From Octopus vulgaris (Eukaryota), in contig OX597815.1 of NCBI GenBank assembly GCA_951406725.2, positions 34,658,001 to 34,722,000 on the forward strand: DNA of 64,000 nt, written 5' to 3'. This document shows, piece by piece, positions 27,060 to 40,690 of this stretch; positions within the stretch are counted from its first letter, which is position 1, and every line of letters starts with the position of its first letter. The position numbers and the translations under genes were made by a program. The notes beneath the pieces were generated by a model, which ran no database searches, was not told where the DNA came from, and saw nothing but the letters and a program-made list of their open reading frames with translations.

Positions 27060-28232
27060 GTGTGTCTGTGTGTGTGTGCGTGTTAGATACATCATTCTCG
27101 AAAACTTGAAGCGGCTTTGGAATAGTGGTAGGGGAAAAACTGAGTACAGAACAAGAAGAAATATATATATATATATATATGTATGTCCCATTTTGTATCT
27201 TATATACATATATATATATATAATATAATATAAATAATATATATATATATATATATATATGTGTACGTGTGTGTGTGTGTGTGTATGAAAAAAATGTAGA
27301 TGGTTGAAGACATGTAGAAAATAAAGGAACGTAAAACATTAGAGGAAAGGGGGGGGGGGGCAGAAGGAGACGAAAGTGTAACAAGAAAAAAAAAAATCAG
27401 TTGAGAGAGAAAGATTAAGAGATACTGACGGAGATGTGTCAGTGTTCAAGGAAGTCGTGATAGAATAGAAGGAGGTGCAAGCAGACCTTCCTCCTTTTTA
27501 CTTCTCCTCATCCGCCTCCTCTTCAACATACTGAACTTTCAATGACCTTTTTCTCTCTATTGATGGTTGTTTTATTCTTCCTTCTTCCTTTTTTTTTCTC
27601 TCTCTCTCTCTTTCTCTAAGAAACACTTGTCGCTGACTTACTACAATTTGATTTTTACTTTTTCTTTCTAATTTTTCCTGTTTTTCTTTAATCGAATGTA
27701 GCTCTTTCGCCCTCCACCCTCCATCTCTATTTCTGTCCTTCTCTCAGCTCTCTATTTTTACTCTTTCATCATTCCTGTTTTCTTTCCCATCTTCTCTCTA
27801 TCTTTGTCCCTTCTCTGTATCTGTCTTGCTTCCTCTACTTAGCTCTCTTTTATTCCATACTCTCGTTTTCTACGCCAAACACAGAAACATTAATAATTCC
27901 TTTCACCTGTTACTCTGTCATTCTCTTTAATGAAAGTTCCAATGATAAATTTTTCCTGAACCTGACGCTGTATGTAACTTCAGTGAATGTGATGTGTTCT
28001 GTGTCGTTATTTCAAATTATATTCCTTGATAAATAAATGCATAGTAAATGATAAATAAATACATTATAGGTGCAGGAGTGGGTGTGTGTTAAGTAGCTAC
28101 CTTGCTTACCAACCATATGGTCCCGGGTTCAGTACCACCGTGTGGCACCTTGGGCAAGTCTCTTCTACTATAGTTTCGGGCTGACCAAAGTCTTGAGTGG
28201 ATTTTGTAGACGGAAACTGGAAGAAGCTCGTC

Positions 28233-29249
<1,017 letters not shown>

Positions 29250-29561
29250 GGCGCGTGGTTTAGTGGTTGGGGGCATTCGGCTCGTGATCGTAAGGTCATG
29301 AGTTCAATTCCCGGCGACGCGTTGTGTCCTTGAGCGAGACACTTTATTTCATGTTGCTCCAGTCCACTTAGCTGGCAAAAATGAGTAGTACCTGTATTTC
29401 AAAGGGCCGGTCTTGTCACACTCTGTGTCACGCTGAATCTCCCCGAGAACTACGTTAAGGGTATACGTGTTTGTGGAGTGCTCAGCCACCTGCACGAGCA
29501 AGCTGTTCAGTTGATCATATATCAGCTGGGACCCTCGTCGTCGCAACCGACGGAGTGCTCC
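29250..29561 (+). mobile_element. tRNA-derived SINE family C
   Basis: GGCGCGTGGTTTAGTGGTT (A-box-like), GAGTTCAATTCCC (B-box), then GTTGTGTCCTTGAGCGAGACACTT; flanked by TA repeats. Confidence 0.88.
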
Positions 29562-29596
<35 letters not shown>

Positions 29597-32049
29597 ATGT
29601 GTGTGTTTATGTTTGTGTCTGTTTGTACCCGCCCCTCCCCAACATCGCTTGACAACTGATGATGGTGTGTTTACGTCCCCGTAACGTAGCGGTTCAGCAA
29701 AAAAGACCGATAGAATAACTACTAGGCTTACAATGGGGTCGATTTGCTCGACTAAAGGCCGTGCTCCTGCAAGGCCGCAGTCAAATGACTGAAGCAAGTA
29801 AAAGAGCAATAGATTATTCAAGAAAAATTCAAAGTGGCAAACTAACCAGAAAAACTTCATCTTTATTGTTTTCTCGTTGTGTACAGGTCATGCATTGTCA
29901 GTTAATGGGCAACTTAAAAATATTTCTTTAATTACTATTATTTGTGACATTTGATTGAAATGTGACATATTTGATGTGACTTCTGTTTGCGAAAATTGTA
30001 ATTTTTTTTTCTGTAACCTTATTTACGTTTAAAGTGTGTACACTGGACACTAGCGTTAGCCAATAACGTTATATAGGAGCTCTTAAATGCTCTCTACGAG
30101 GTTATTCCTCATATTATTATACTAATACACACACGTTTTGTAGTTCACTTATACTAATGTCAATATATACAAGAAGTTAATATTTCTGTTTGGCTAATTA
30201 TTTCAAATTAGCGGCAGCAGCCAGGATATGTATTATAGGAAGTCGAAAAACTTCGATGAATTGAAATTATCTGAACGATTGGAATGCAAGAACTTCCCAG
30301 CATTAAAATCTAAAGACAGTAAGCAAAGGAATGCCAACTGATAGAATCAGTCGACATGTTTTAGACTTGTTAGACCTCTTCTACAAAGCATATTTTCTAC
30401 TGGTCAAGATTTTGAACTACTAAACTCATTGCCAGATCCTGCGAAGAGCAGTTATCTCCGAATATCAGTGGCCACTAGCATAAATGATGACCCTTTACTT
30501 CTAGTTTCATGTAGTCTGTTTCTAGTAGGTGGACTTCCTTAATTTGCTACCCAAGACAGTAATAATTGTTTTGGGCTAGGCGTTTGGTCAGAGAGCAACT
30601 TCCTTTGGAGCAAAACCGCTAACACTTTAGAATTTTTGTTATTCTTGTGGAGTATGTTTCTCAAACTGACAAATACTACTACTCGTCAAATGTTAGTGAA
30701 ACTTTTTAACTCCCTCCACTTCTTTATTAATGAAATGATAAAACACGTTTTACATCATCAAATTGTTTGACAAAGTGTTTGACAAGTTTGAACATGTTAG
30801 AGATCATCTTAATTTTACAGGAAATCATCTGCTCCTTACTGTAGCGTGCCTATTGCTTTCAATATTGATAGCATGGCAAATATGTTTATCTTAAACGAAC
30901 TGGAAATTATGTTTACATATAATTAAAATATAGAACACAACGTTTATTTTATTTTTGCTTACTGTCTTCAGATTTTAATGCTGGAAGTTTTGCATCCCAA
31001 TCGTTCATATAATTTCAATTAATCAAAGTTGCAATAAATAAAAAAAAAACGTGGTGGATGACTTTAGGTTAAATATTAAGTTATAGATTCTTGTATTCTT
31101 TTCAATTTTCTTTCTTTCGTAATCTGCCTCCGATAAATTTGCTTCATGTACAGTTTCATTTTGGTATCCCTAAGATGCCCTTTCTCTCAGATTTAATATA
31201 TATATATATAGATTTGTTTATTCGGTTTCACTTCGACATTTGTAATCTCTTTTGCAATTCCCTCACAAATCTTTTCCTTTGAATAACAGTCTTCAGAGTG
31301 GGTTAGAAGCGCGAAGATACATATAATATGCAAGTATATGCGAGTTTACCTACATACATACATGATCATTCGTTTATATACATTTGTGTGTTTGTATATA
31401 TAATAAATGTGTGTGTGTATATGTATGCGTATATAACCGAATCTTTAAAATTGGAATTGCCTCCCTTTGCGTGACACGAAAGGTATTTACATAAATACAT
31501 ACATACATTAATGTTTATTTTTATACCAATTATATATATATATACATACATATAAGCAAATTAACATCAAGTGAAAGGGTTACTCAAAACTTCTTAGTGG
31601 AAAACTTTAAAGTTTCGCAAATGACTTCAAAGTTTCGGTTTGCCCACCTTCGTCAGACCGTGTGTATGTGTGCGTGTACCTAGCGCGCGCGCGAATGCCA
31701 CCCACACAGAACAGCGTATGTAATGATAAGCGATCTCTGCTACGAAGACATATCAAGTGAGTGACGTTAACTAAACTGTCTCACCCAGTTCATCGTGGTA
31801 ACCTGACATGAAGTTTATCATTTGCCTGCAAAATAATTTCTTACAAATGACTCCCGAGCTTTTTTTTTTTGTATTGGAGAGAGGAAGATATCATACTACA
31901 GTTTCCTAAAAGTGTTAGTGAAGTTTTTTCATGTGAAATGGTTTCAATGGAAACGGAGTCAAATATTCTGCCTTCAGAACACTTCTTTTTTATTCTGTCG
32001 GACAATTCATAATGAATAAGATATTTAGTTGAGGAATCTGTCTAAGATG

Positions 32050-33600
32050 CTTTTAACTTCTAGTTTGAGCCGTTCAACAGAACAAGGCCAGTTAGCGCGG
32101 AAATAAGTAGACGAAGAGATATTTTGTACGGTCAGTAATCTAACTAGTAGTATTTTTCGTTGTGGTGGTGGATGCATAAGTGTTTTAAAACCTTATGGCT
32201 TATAACGTGTTTTCCATTTAAGAGAAGGTAGCTAGTTAAGGGAGATTGAGACTGCTACATTCAGCAGGTCAAAACGACAGCACTTGGTAGAAGCTAGCTC
32301 TTTTTTTTACAGTAGGCAGCGGGGAAGGAAAAGCCTCGTGTTTACAATTGGAATTACTGCTGCGCTACGACAGCTTCCGCCGTCATCACTAACATCATCA
32401 ATACTATTCGAGTCAATAATGTACACCTGCTCGATTTACTAACAGTAGTTGTTAAATTTACCTCGTGTCACCTTAACGCCTTGGGAAATACGAACAATAA
32501 ATGTTGTCAAAAAAAAAAAACAAAAAAAAAAAACAACACCAACATCACATTAGTTAACGAAATAGCAAATCCTCTTTGCACGACGTGGGAGAAATGGCAG
32601 ACATAACCTCTCTCCTACCCTCCAGAATGCCTATGATCATAAATTTACTCGATCAGAATTATCGTGGGGCTAAAGCATCACAAACAAACCAACGGAATGT
32701 GGTGGTGGTGTGTTTAGGCGGTTGTGCTACTTACTAAGAACAGCAGATCTCTCAAATCAGGCCTTATTGATAAAAAATAAGATCTTATTCGATAATACAG
32801 TCCCAGATGCAGTATATCTATATAACATACTGTATAGTTACAACTTGTTTGAACAGTATTGGCCCGAGGTTAATTAACAATAATACAAACAATTTACACA
32901 CACACACACACACACGCGAGATGATCACAACTAAAACTGGATCTTCTTTAAGTATGGGTCTGCCTACTAAGGAATTAACTTGGGATTAAGCAACAACAAA
33001 AATAAACGAGGGGGGGGGTCTTCATGTTCACTCGACCTGCTTTGCAACAGCATCCACAAATCCCTACCGTCCTACATTCAATGAATAAAGAAGGCAAGGA
33101 TGGTCGTTGCTAGTACAAGTCTGCTCAATAAAAAAAAAAAAGCTGACATGACTTGAACAACAACAGCAGCAGCCACAAATATCAGTTATCTGTATCGTCA
33201 CCATCAACTATATATCTCACCGCTATCCTCATCCCTTTTCTCCGCGACTAGTCATTCATTCCAGCTCTGCTCTTGCTTTTATTTACCACTATGTTGCTAT
33301 ATCTCTCTCAGTACTATTAATAAACACTACCAGCTTGACGCTGCCACCACCCCTCATCATCAGTCAAAACACTACCGGCATTCCTCTTCGTGTTCATGTT
33401 GTTTAGACATAATGTCAGACCTATCCGCGATCAAAGGTGGTTATTCCAGCTTTATCCACACCGTACCGTCATTCTAGGAAAGGATCTAGGACTAGATTAT
33501 CTTAGTGTGTCCTTCTTTTCGTATTAAGACTGTAAGAGGGAGGGGGAATGATTTGAGCGAGATTCAGCTGATACATCTAGCAGGTCGGGCGACCAGGTAG
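32050..33600. mobile_element. Cluster of about 5-6 diverged family D copies in both orientations
   Basis: Recurrent CTCGACCTGCT..AATAGCAGC-like heads and GGGGCTAAA/AACAACAAC-like tails near 32240(-), 32425(+), 32720(+), 33025(+) and 33395-33600(-). Confidence 0.55.
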
Positions 33601-34261
33601 AGAAGAAACTCTATCGTTAGATCGTCCTATTCATGTTTTAGCTTAACTACTAACTGCTATTACTGCTGCTGTTACCATCGCCACTGCCACAGCTGCTAGC
33701 TGCACGCCTAATATAAATAACATCAAGCTATTTTCCGCCATGTAAACAACATGCTATCGACAATAACAATAGTTTTAAATACACAACTTGCACTAAGGCA
33801 TGTTCGCTTTGTTGGCGGGTTGTGTACTGAATGTGCATCTACGTTGTGTTTGTATGTTTGTTAGTTTGTGTGTGTGTTATGTATGTTAACATAACCGAAA
33901 AAAAAAAAAGAATCCGCGAGGTATATATGGTACACCACACACACACACCACACACAAACCTTGACATGTTTTTTCTAAGTTAGTTTATAGATAAGTGAAC
34001 CCAGGTCATTGTGCACTCGTAGGCTTATAATTTAAAAATGTATTGCTATTGTGTCTGTGTAAAGGGGAGCCACGTTTTCTAGCGGTTCCATATTCGGAGT
34101 GGATTGTAAAATTTTTTATCAGACTTGACTGAACTACAGTTGGAATGGCCAAATTCTCCCATAGAAACTTCAAATCTCTTTCTACATTGAATCAGATTAG
34201 TCTTCTTCTTCTTAAACATGATAAAAATGTTACGAAAGAAAACAAAATTACTGAATGATTT

Positions 34262-34343
<82 letters not shown>

Positions 34344-34436
34344 CACTACTAATATAGAATGAAGTTTTTTTACAGAAAAAAAATTCCATCAAAAATGGCA
34401 GCATATTAAAATACCTTTAAGGTTAAAATTATAAAC

Positions 34437-34559
34437 AACTTATAAAATAAGGGCTAAAGAAAATTATTTCTATGCCAATATGTTGTTAACAGACATTTAA
34501 AAGTCTGTTAACAGCATATTGGCATAGAAATAATTTTCTTTAGCCCTTATTTATAAGTT
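34437..34559. repeat. Near-perfect inverted repeat (about 57-bp arms, 8-nt spacer)
   Basis: AACTTATAAAATAAGGGCTAAAG...GTTAACAGAC / ATTTAAAA / GTCTGTTAAC...CTTTAGCCCTTATTTATAAGTT, with one T/C substitution and one extra A. Confidence 0.97.
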
Positions 34560-34564
34560 ATATA

Positions 34565-34597
<33 letters not shown>

Positions 34598-35719
34598 AAC
34601 TTTTTCACGATAACAATTCATCGTGTAATGGATTTAGAAATAACTTGATGAGCAATGCGAATAATATTTATTGAGTTCAGAGTGTAGATTTATTTACCTA
34701 TATCTTTATCTATAATTCACTTTGGTTACACATGTGTACAGATATAGAAATGTCAGAATGTCTGCCCGGACACGCGTGCGCTTCTCGCAGTAGAAGTAAA
34801 AACTACCATTACCTTCTTCATCAACGGCTTTTGTTTAGTCTTACTTGTTCAACTGCTCAAGATGTACTGGAAGTTATAAAATGAATTAAACATATTATTC
34901 AGTCATTTTTTTATATCGTTATATGAAGAACTAACACAAATTGGCAGTAAGGTCTCAACTTTGGCTTGTCCAGGAGGACGGCAAGAATCCGAATAAAAAA
35001 ATGCTTAATCCGTTTTATGGTTGAGAAGATGCTTCTTTCGCCTGAAACTCTGAGAAGTTATGATGTATTTCTTGTATTGAGTTCTTTGGATTTCTAAACG
35101 CGCGCGTGTGTGCATATATTTATTATACATGTGCTTGGAGAGAAAGAGAGAGTGTGTGGCTAGGTAGATACAGTCATTAAATGTAAATGTCAGGCTCTAA
35201 GTTTAGTAACAATAATTGTTATATCGAGATTTCCTGGAGACAAAAAATGGGAAATAACGCTTATACTGTCCAAAGGGCAATAAATGTTGTATGTAAAATG
35301 AACTAGTTTCAACTGGGAATCGAAATAATATCGTGAATTATGCTTGACAGTTGTATGTTAAATAGGACCTCGTGTGTAAGCTAACCCCGTTCTTTTTCTA
35401 TTTCACGACTGAGATAGTTTCCATATCTTTTGTGTCTTCCGTTATATTGCCAGCCGCATTTAGACTCACACAAAATACCTACCGGTAGATATAAGGCATC
35501 CTGTATATGCAACTACTTGTCTCTGTCTTTCTCGCCTTCGCTTACCGTTACGAGCGGACACATACACATTGACTGGTAAATATTGTCGTTTGAGACTGTT
35601 GATATTTGTTACCACCACCATACAAATGACATTGCAGAAATATCTCATCACGAAACATATCCCCTATAACGTATTGTGATATAGGACACGGGTGACACTC
35701 ATGCTATCACACTACTTAA

Positions 35720-36450
35720 TGACTGTGCCCATACTGTGTAAGGTATTAACCACTATACCACTAAATTAGCATTCGTACTCAAATGACTTACATCAACCTA
35801 AGTAAAATTTATTTAAACATTGTTTTTTCATTTGACTATTGTGTTCCTAATTATTCATTCATTATTATTTACCTTAGTTGCTAAACTCTAATCATTGCAA
35901 ATATACAGGTTACACTCAAAATACTAAATTATCCAGTCAAGAAACGCTCACCTCATCTATAAATCCTTTCAAACATAGCATCTATCCAGTTTACTCGGAT
36001 ATAATATCCAAATGATATCCATAAAAGTGATTCATTATGCATTTGGTTCTTCATTGGTTTTGCAAGTGTGAAACACATATTTGACATCATGTAGTCTCTG
36101 TGTTCAATTTGATCTTTCTAAATAATGCTCAAATATTACTCAAGTCACGCTCGTGTTCTTGGACTATGACCTGGAAATGTTCTATGTTTCTAACTTAGAA
36201 GTCTTTTTTTTTATACTTAAGTGGAGCGCCAGCACTAACGACTTTTATAGGTCCTCTTAGACTTCATTATTCTATTATATTTCCTACGTCTCTATTGTAC
36301 GGGGCTGAATACTTAGATCTGTGTTCAAAGGACTATCTTTGTTTATCATTTCAGTAGTGTCTAACAAAGTATCAGTCATTTGCTGGAGCCAGCAGTAAAA
36401 GTCATTATTTAACCAAATTTACACTCATTTACTCCTCTCAAATCCAAGAA
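35720..36450 (-). mobile_element. Possible very old CR1/L2-like LINE remnant
   Basis: Weak matches only: SAPYNRDVGNIIE..RGPIKVV...LKY (cf. WSPY...IE.VQRRATK.V..LSY). Confidence 0.3.
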
Positions 36451-37039
36451 CATTCATTTAACAATTATATCTACGTGGGTTAGACTAATTTTGACTTTTT
36501 TTTAGCTACCAGATCAAACTACTCCTTACCATATCTTATTTATTCCACCTCTCTTAGACACACCCGTTTAGCTTGCTCAACCTACCCAATGTACGTATAC
36601 TCATTTTACTTCTATAGCTACATATGATGCATCTATTTAATCACTACCCAAGTTACACTTCTCTAAAAATTTACGAAACGCATGCAATCATATTCTTCTT
36701 TTACTTGTTTCAGTCAAGTTAAACTCAATTTAATAGTTGAGCCGTCTTTTGATCTGTTTGAAATAAAAGCAAAGTCGGCCCCAAATCACATACCACTGTC
36801 ATAATTGAATGACACATGCGGTATTGTTGTCCTATGTCTAACTTGAATAAGGAAAATAAAGAGCAAAATCGGTGCAGTTTGAGCACCTTTGTTCGTTAGA
36901 TATGATGGATCAAATCCGTTATTCTCGTTTACTATCTTCATTGAGAAGTGTACTCTTTTTTAGCCCTTAGTATTCCTGTCACGATCATGCTGTCATTGTA
37001 AGGAAATGTTTAGAACTACATGGAGGAGGTTGGAAGATA

Positions 37040-37267
37040 ATGACCATGGGATTGCATCTCTGAGGCACAAGTCCGGCCAAGGTTGTTTATGGAAGGCCAG
37101 CAGTCGCCCATGCATACCAGCCTCCCCTCTCCACACCACTGATGTTATCCAAGGAAAAGGCAAAGGCCGATACAGCTTGGCACCAGTGATGTCGGAACTC
37201 ATTTCTACAGCTGAGATAACTGGAGTAACGTGAAATAAAGTGTCTTGCTCAAGAACACAGCACGCAG
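37040..37267 (-). mobile_element. SINE family C variant (different 3' body)
   Basis: Shares the reversed GTTCTTGAGCAAGACACTTTATTTCAC core with 29250; its body matches 57978-58290. Confidence 0.85.
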
Positions 37268-39576
37268 AAATTTATTTGTATTTTGTTGCCATAATGCGTA
37301 CTTTGTTACTGTGCTGGGTGGGTATTTTCCAATATGTTGTGAGTTTGTATTTGACATTATTGTACAAAAATCATTAAATAGTTCGAATGAAAAATTAAAC
37401 CACGTGTCAGCCCCTCGTGAATCGATTGATTCTCAGACGAATTGGATCAATAAATTCAAGCGTGATAATAATGCATTGCTTTGTTATTTTGTGTAATGTT
37501 ATTTTTTGAATTCTGCTTGATCAATAGAAGAAATCTCGACCGATGTACTATCGTGTCTCAATTTCGATTTAAACTTAGAACAATTTTCAGTCATATCTAC
37601 GGAAATTGTATGAAACTTGATTTTTCCTTTTCAATAAATTCCAAGTTGCATATAAACTCAGAAATTTTCATGCATCTGTGTATGTATATGTAATTAGCAC
37701 TGCTGTTTCACTGAAAGCTTTGTTTGAATTCGCTTGTGACACAGTAATACTTGTTATGGCTGTTATTTAACCCCTGTTCAGCCCAAGCATTATATTTGAA
37801 TTAGGTCGACTTGATCTATTGGGCGAGCAAAAGTGTCTGATCGTAAAAGAACTGAACCACCTAATGACCCAGAAGTCACATCAGTTATGATGCTTCCCAC
37901 TTTATCCAAGAGTTGTATCTTGTGTTCAAAACGGTATGGCGTGATTTTAAAGGAATTTAACTACATCTCGTAGGTCGAACGGCCGCATACAGACACTCGT
38001 TTTAACCCTAGTCAAATTCACCTATCGGGGGAAAAGGGTTTATTTGTTTGACAAATATTAAGACATGAGTAAAGTGAAAAGTTGTAAGTGATATATCAGC
38101 AATAATACTTCCCCCCGACACACATATCGTAGGAATATTGGTCGTTTTAGCTAAAGAAAAAAATTCCCTACGATAGTTTTTGGCGGCTCAAAGAACAAGG
38201 GAGATAATTTCGAGAAGTTAAGAGTTAATTTCGCAAAAGTATTTTTGTGACAGATCAATTTTTAATTTCTAGAAATTGTCTCCCTTTTTATTTGAAAATC
38301 GAAATTATCATTAGGACTTTGTTTTCTTCAACTGGAATTTGAATTAATTGAGAATTTTTTTTGCGTTCAACATGAGTAAAATACATCACCCATTAACTTT
38401 AATTCGTGCTAAATGCCTATTTCAGTTATTTCCCTTAGTTCATTTGTGTGTGTGCGTGAGCTTTTTAAACACAGTGTAGTCTGCAATGTCTAAAAGGCAT
38501 ATTTCCTTCAGGTTAAACCGATTTTGTGTACATCACTATAGAAGAAGTTTGTCAACGTTAAAAAATTTCTAAAAAGTAGCTTCCTAAGATTTCCAGGCAA
38601 CGTGTAAATTTTGTCTCCCTCCTCCATCACTGCAAAAGTTTTTATCTTTATACAGCCATCTCTCTCCCTTCAATCACCTATTTATTTCTCTCTCTGACCG
38701 TCTCCACCTCCCTACTAGTCACATCTTCCTCTTGCCTCTCTTCTTTTCTACTTTCCCCCCTCTCTCCTCTCTCCCCGCAACTCCAGTTCTCTTCCACTCT
38801 CTCTGTCTCTACACTTGTTGCATCTTTCTCCTCCTTTACTTCACCTTCCTCCTTTCCCTCCTCATATCTTTCTATCCCTCTCCCTCCCTCTCTCTCTTCA
38901 TCTTCCGCTTTTCTCTCCATCCTCTGCCTCTTCTCCCAAAGGGTTCTGTCCCGAAGCGTTAAACATTTTCTTCCCTCTCGCCTTAAACAACGACACAAAC
39001 TGTTTTGAGTTATTATTTCTATTCAACTCTTGTTTTCTTGTCTTATTTTACTGACGACTGAACATCGCTAGTTTTCTCGTCTCGGAATCCACATTAAAAA
39101 AAAAAATTCTTTTTCTCTATTTGTTAGAACTGACAACTTTCTGGAAATGTTTGTTTGAACATGTTAAAATGCAGACGCACTCACCCCCCTCTCTCTCTTT
39201 CTCCAATACCACACACATACACAGACATAATCACAAACACAGTTGTATTATGTACACACTGACACAAAAATGTGTGTTGAGTATATATTTACACACTATT
39301 CATGTGATCTGTCGGTGTGTTTACTACAATTACTGAATACAACACGCTCGACTGATACATAGACAAAAGTTGTATATTGATGATGATGCTGCGACTGCCA
39401 CCACCACCACTACTGTTACTACTATTATTTGTTCTCTTCCTCTCTCTTTTCTCGCTAGCTTTTTATTCCCCCACCCTTTCTCCCTCTGTCTCCCTTTTCT
39501 TATTTCCTCCTGTCGTTTTTCTTTTTATTCTTTTTCCTGTCCTTAGGCTTTTTTCTCCTTCCCTCACATCTACACA

Positions 39577-40058
39577 CTCAAACATGTTTATACACACACA
39601 AACACATACACATATGTCTGTCCAGCAACTGTGTGTGTGTGTGTTATAAACGGAAGGGTATCATGTTTACTTGAAGGAACCGGCCAATGAGTTTGTTGTA
39701 TAGCAAGCAACCTTCTATTCAAAGACGTTCCAGTCGTGGCCATTCCTTATTTTGTTTAGATATAGTGTACCATGGACCACGTTGTTCAATGTTCCCTTCC
39801 TTTATTAAAGGCGGTCGGGTGTTAGGTTCGAATACTCAAACATGTTTATCCAGCAACTGTGTGTGTGTGTTATAAACGGAAGGGTATCATGTTTACTTGA
39901 AGGAACCGGCCAATGAGTTTGTTGTATAGCAAACCCTCTTATTCAAAGACGTTCCAGTCGTGGCCATTCCTTATTTTGTTTAGATATAGTGTACCATGGA
40001 CCACGTTGTTCATCAATGTTCCCTTCCTTTATTAAAGGCGGTCGGGTGTTAGGTTCGA
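39577..40058. repeat. Local tandem duplication (about 225-250 bp unit)
   Basis: ACTCAAACATGTTTA...TCCAGCAACTGTGTG...GGCGGTCGGGTGTTAGGTTCGA occurs twice with few differences. Confidence 0.95.
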
Positions 40059-40396
40059 TTTGAAGGAGGTTTAGCTCCTACTTATCGCAAGACGAGTGAC
40101 TGCACAGTGTCAATGTTGGTAGCTGAAAGTCCTGTAAAAGTTTTTAAAATAGCAATATCTATGTAAGCGCTTATTTGCTAAAAATAGCAGTCTAATCCCC
40201 CTTTTCATACACATGACCTTAAAATAGTCTTCCAGCCATGACCATCTAACATGAGGTTTAGTCACGGTTGGATCGCTCTTGCCTCTAAGAACAATAACAA
40301 AGGAATTTTAAGGGACAGATTCATTCACACAGTGGAAGGTAATTTTTTTTTAAAAAAAGGGGTTTTCGAAATGTATTAAGAAAATGGGTTTCTTCG

Positions 40397-40690
40397 GGCG
40401 TAGGCGTGGTTGTGTAGTAAGAAATTCACATCCTAACCACACGGTTCTGGGTTCAGTCCTAATGCGTGGTACCTTTAGCAAGCATCTTTCCGGACCAACC
40501 AGAGCTTTATGACTGGATTTGGTCACACACACACCCGTGTGTGTGTGTATTTCCACCACAGCTTGACAACCAGTGCTGGTTTGTTTACGTCCCCGTAAGC
40601 TAGCGGTTCGATAAAAAGAAACCAATAGAATAACTCGTGGGGCCGATTTAGTCGACTAAATCCCTCAAAGCGGCGCAACGACTGAAAAAA
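40397..40690 (+). mobile_element. SINE family A (internally deleted)
   Basis: GGCGTAGGCGTGGTTGTGTAGTAAG head and GTTTACGTCCCCGTAAGCTAGCGGTTCG body. Confidence 0.82.

Noticed and set aside
30225-30530. Possible ZMYM1-like hAT N-terminal remnant (NFDELKLSERLECK; YQW...SCSLF)
   Set aside because: The similarity is too weak and fragmented to call without an HMM search.
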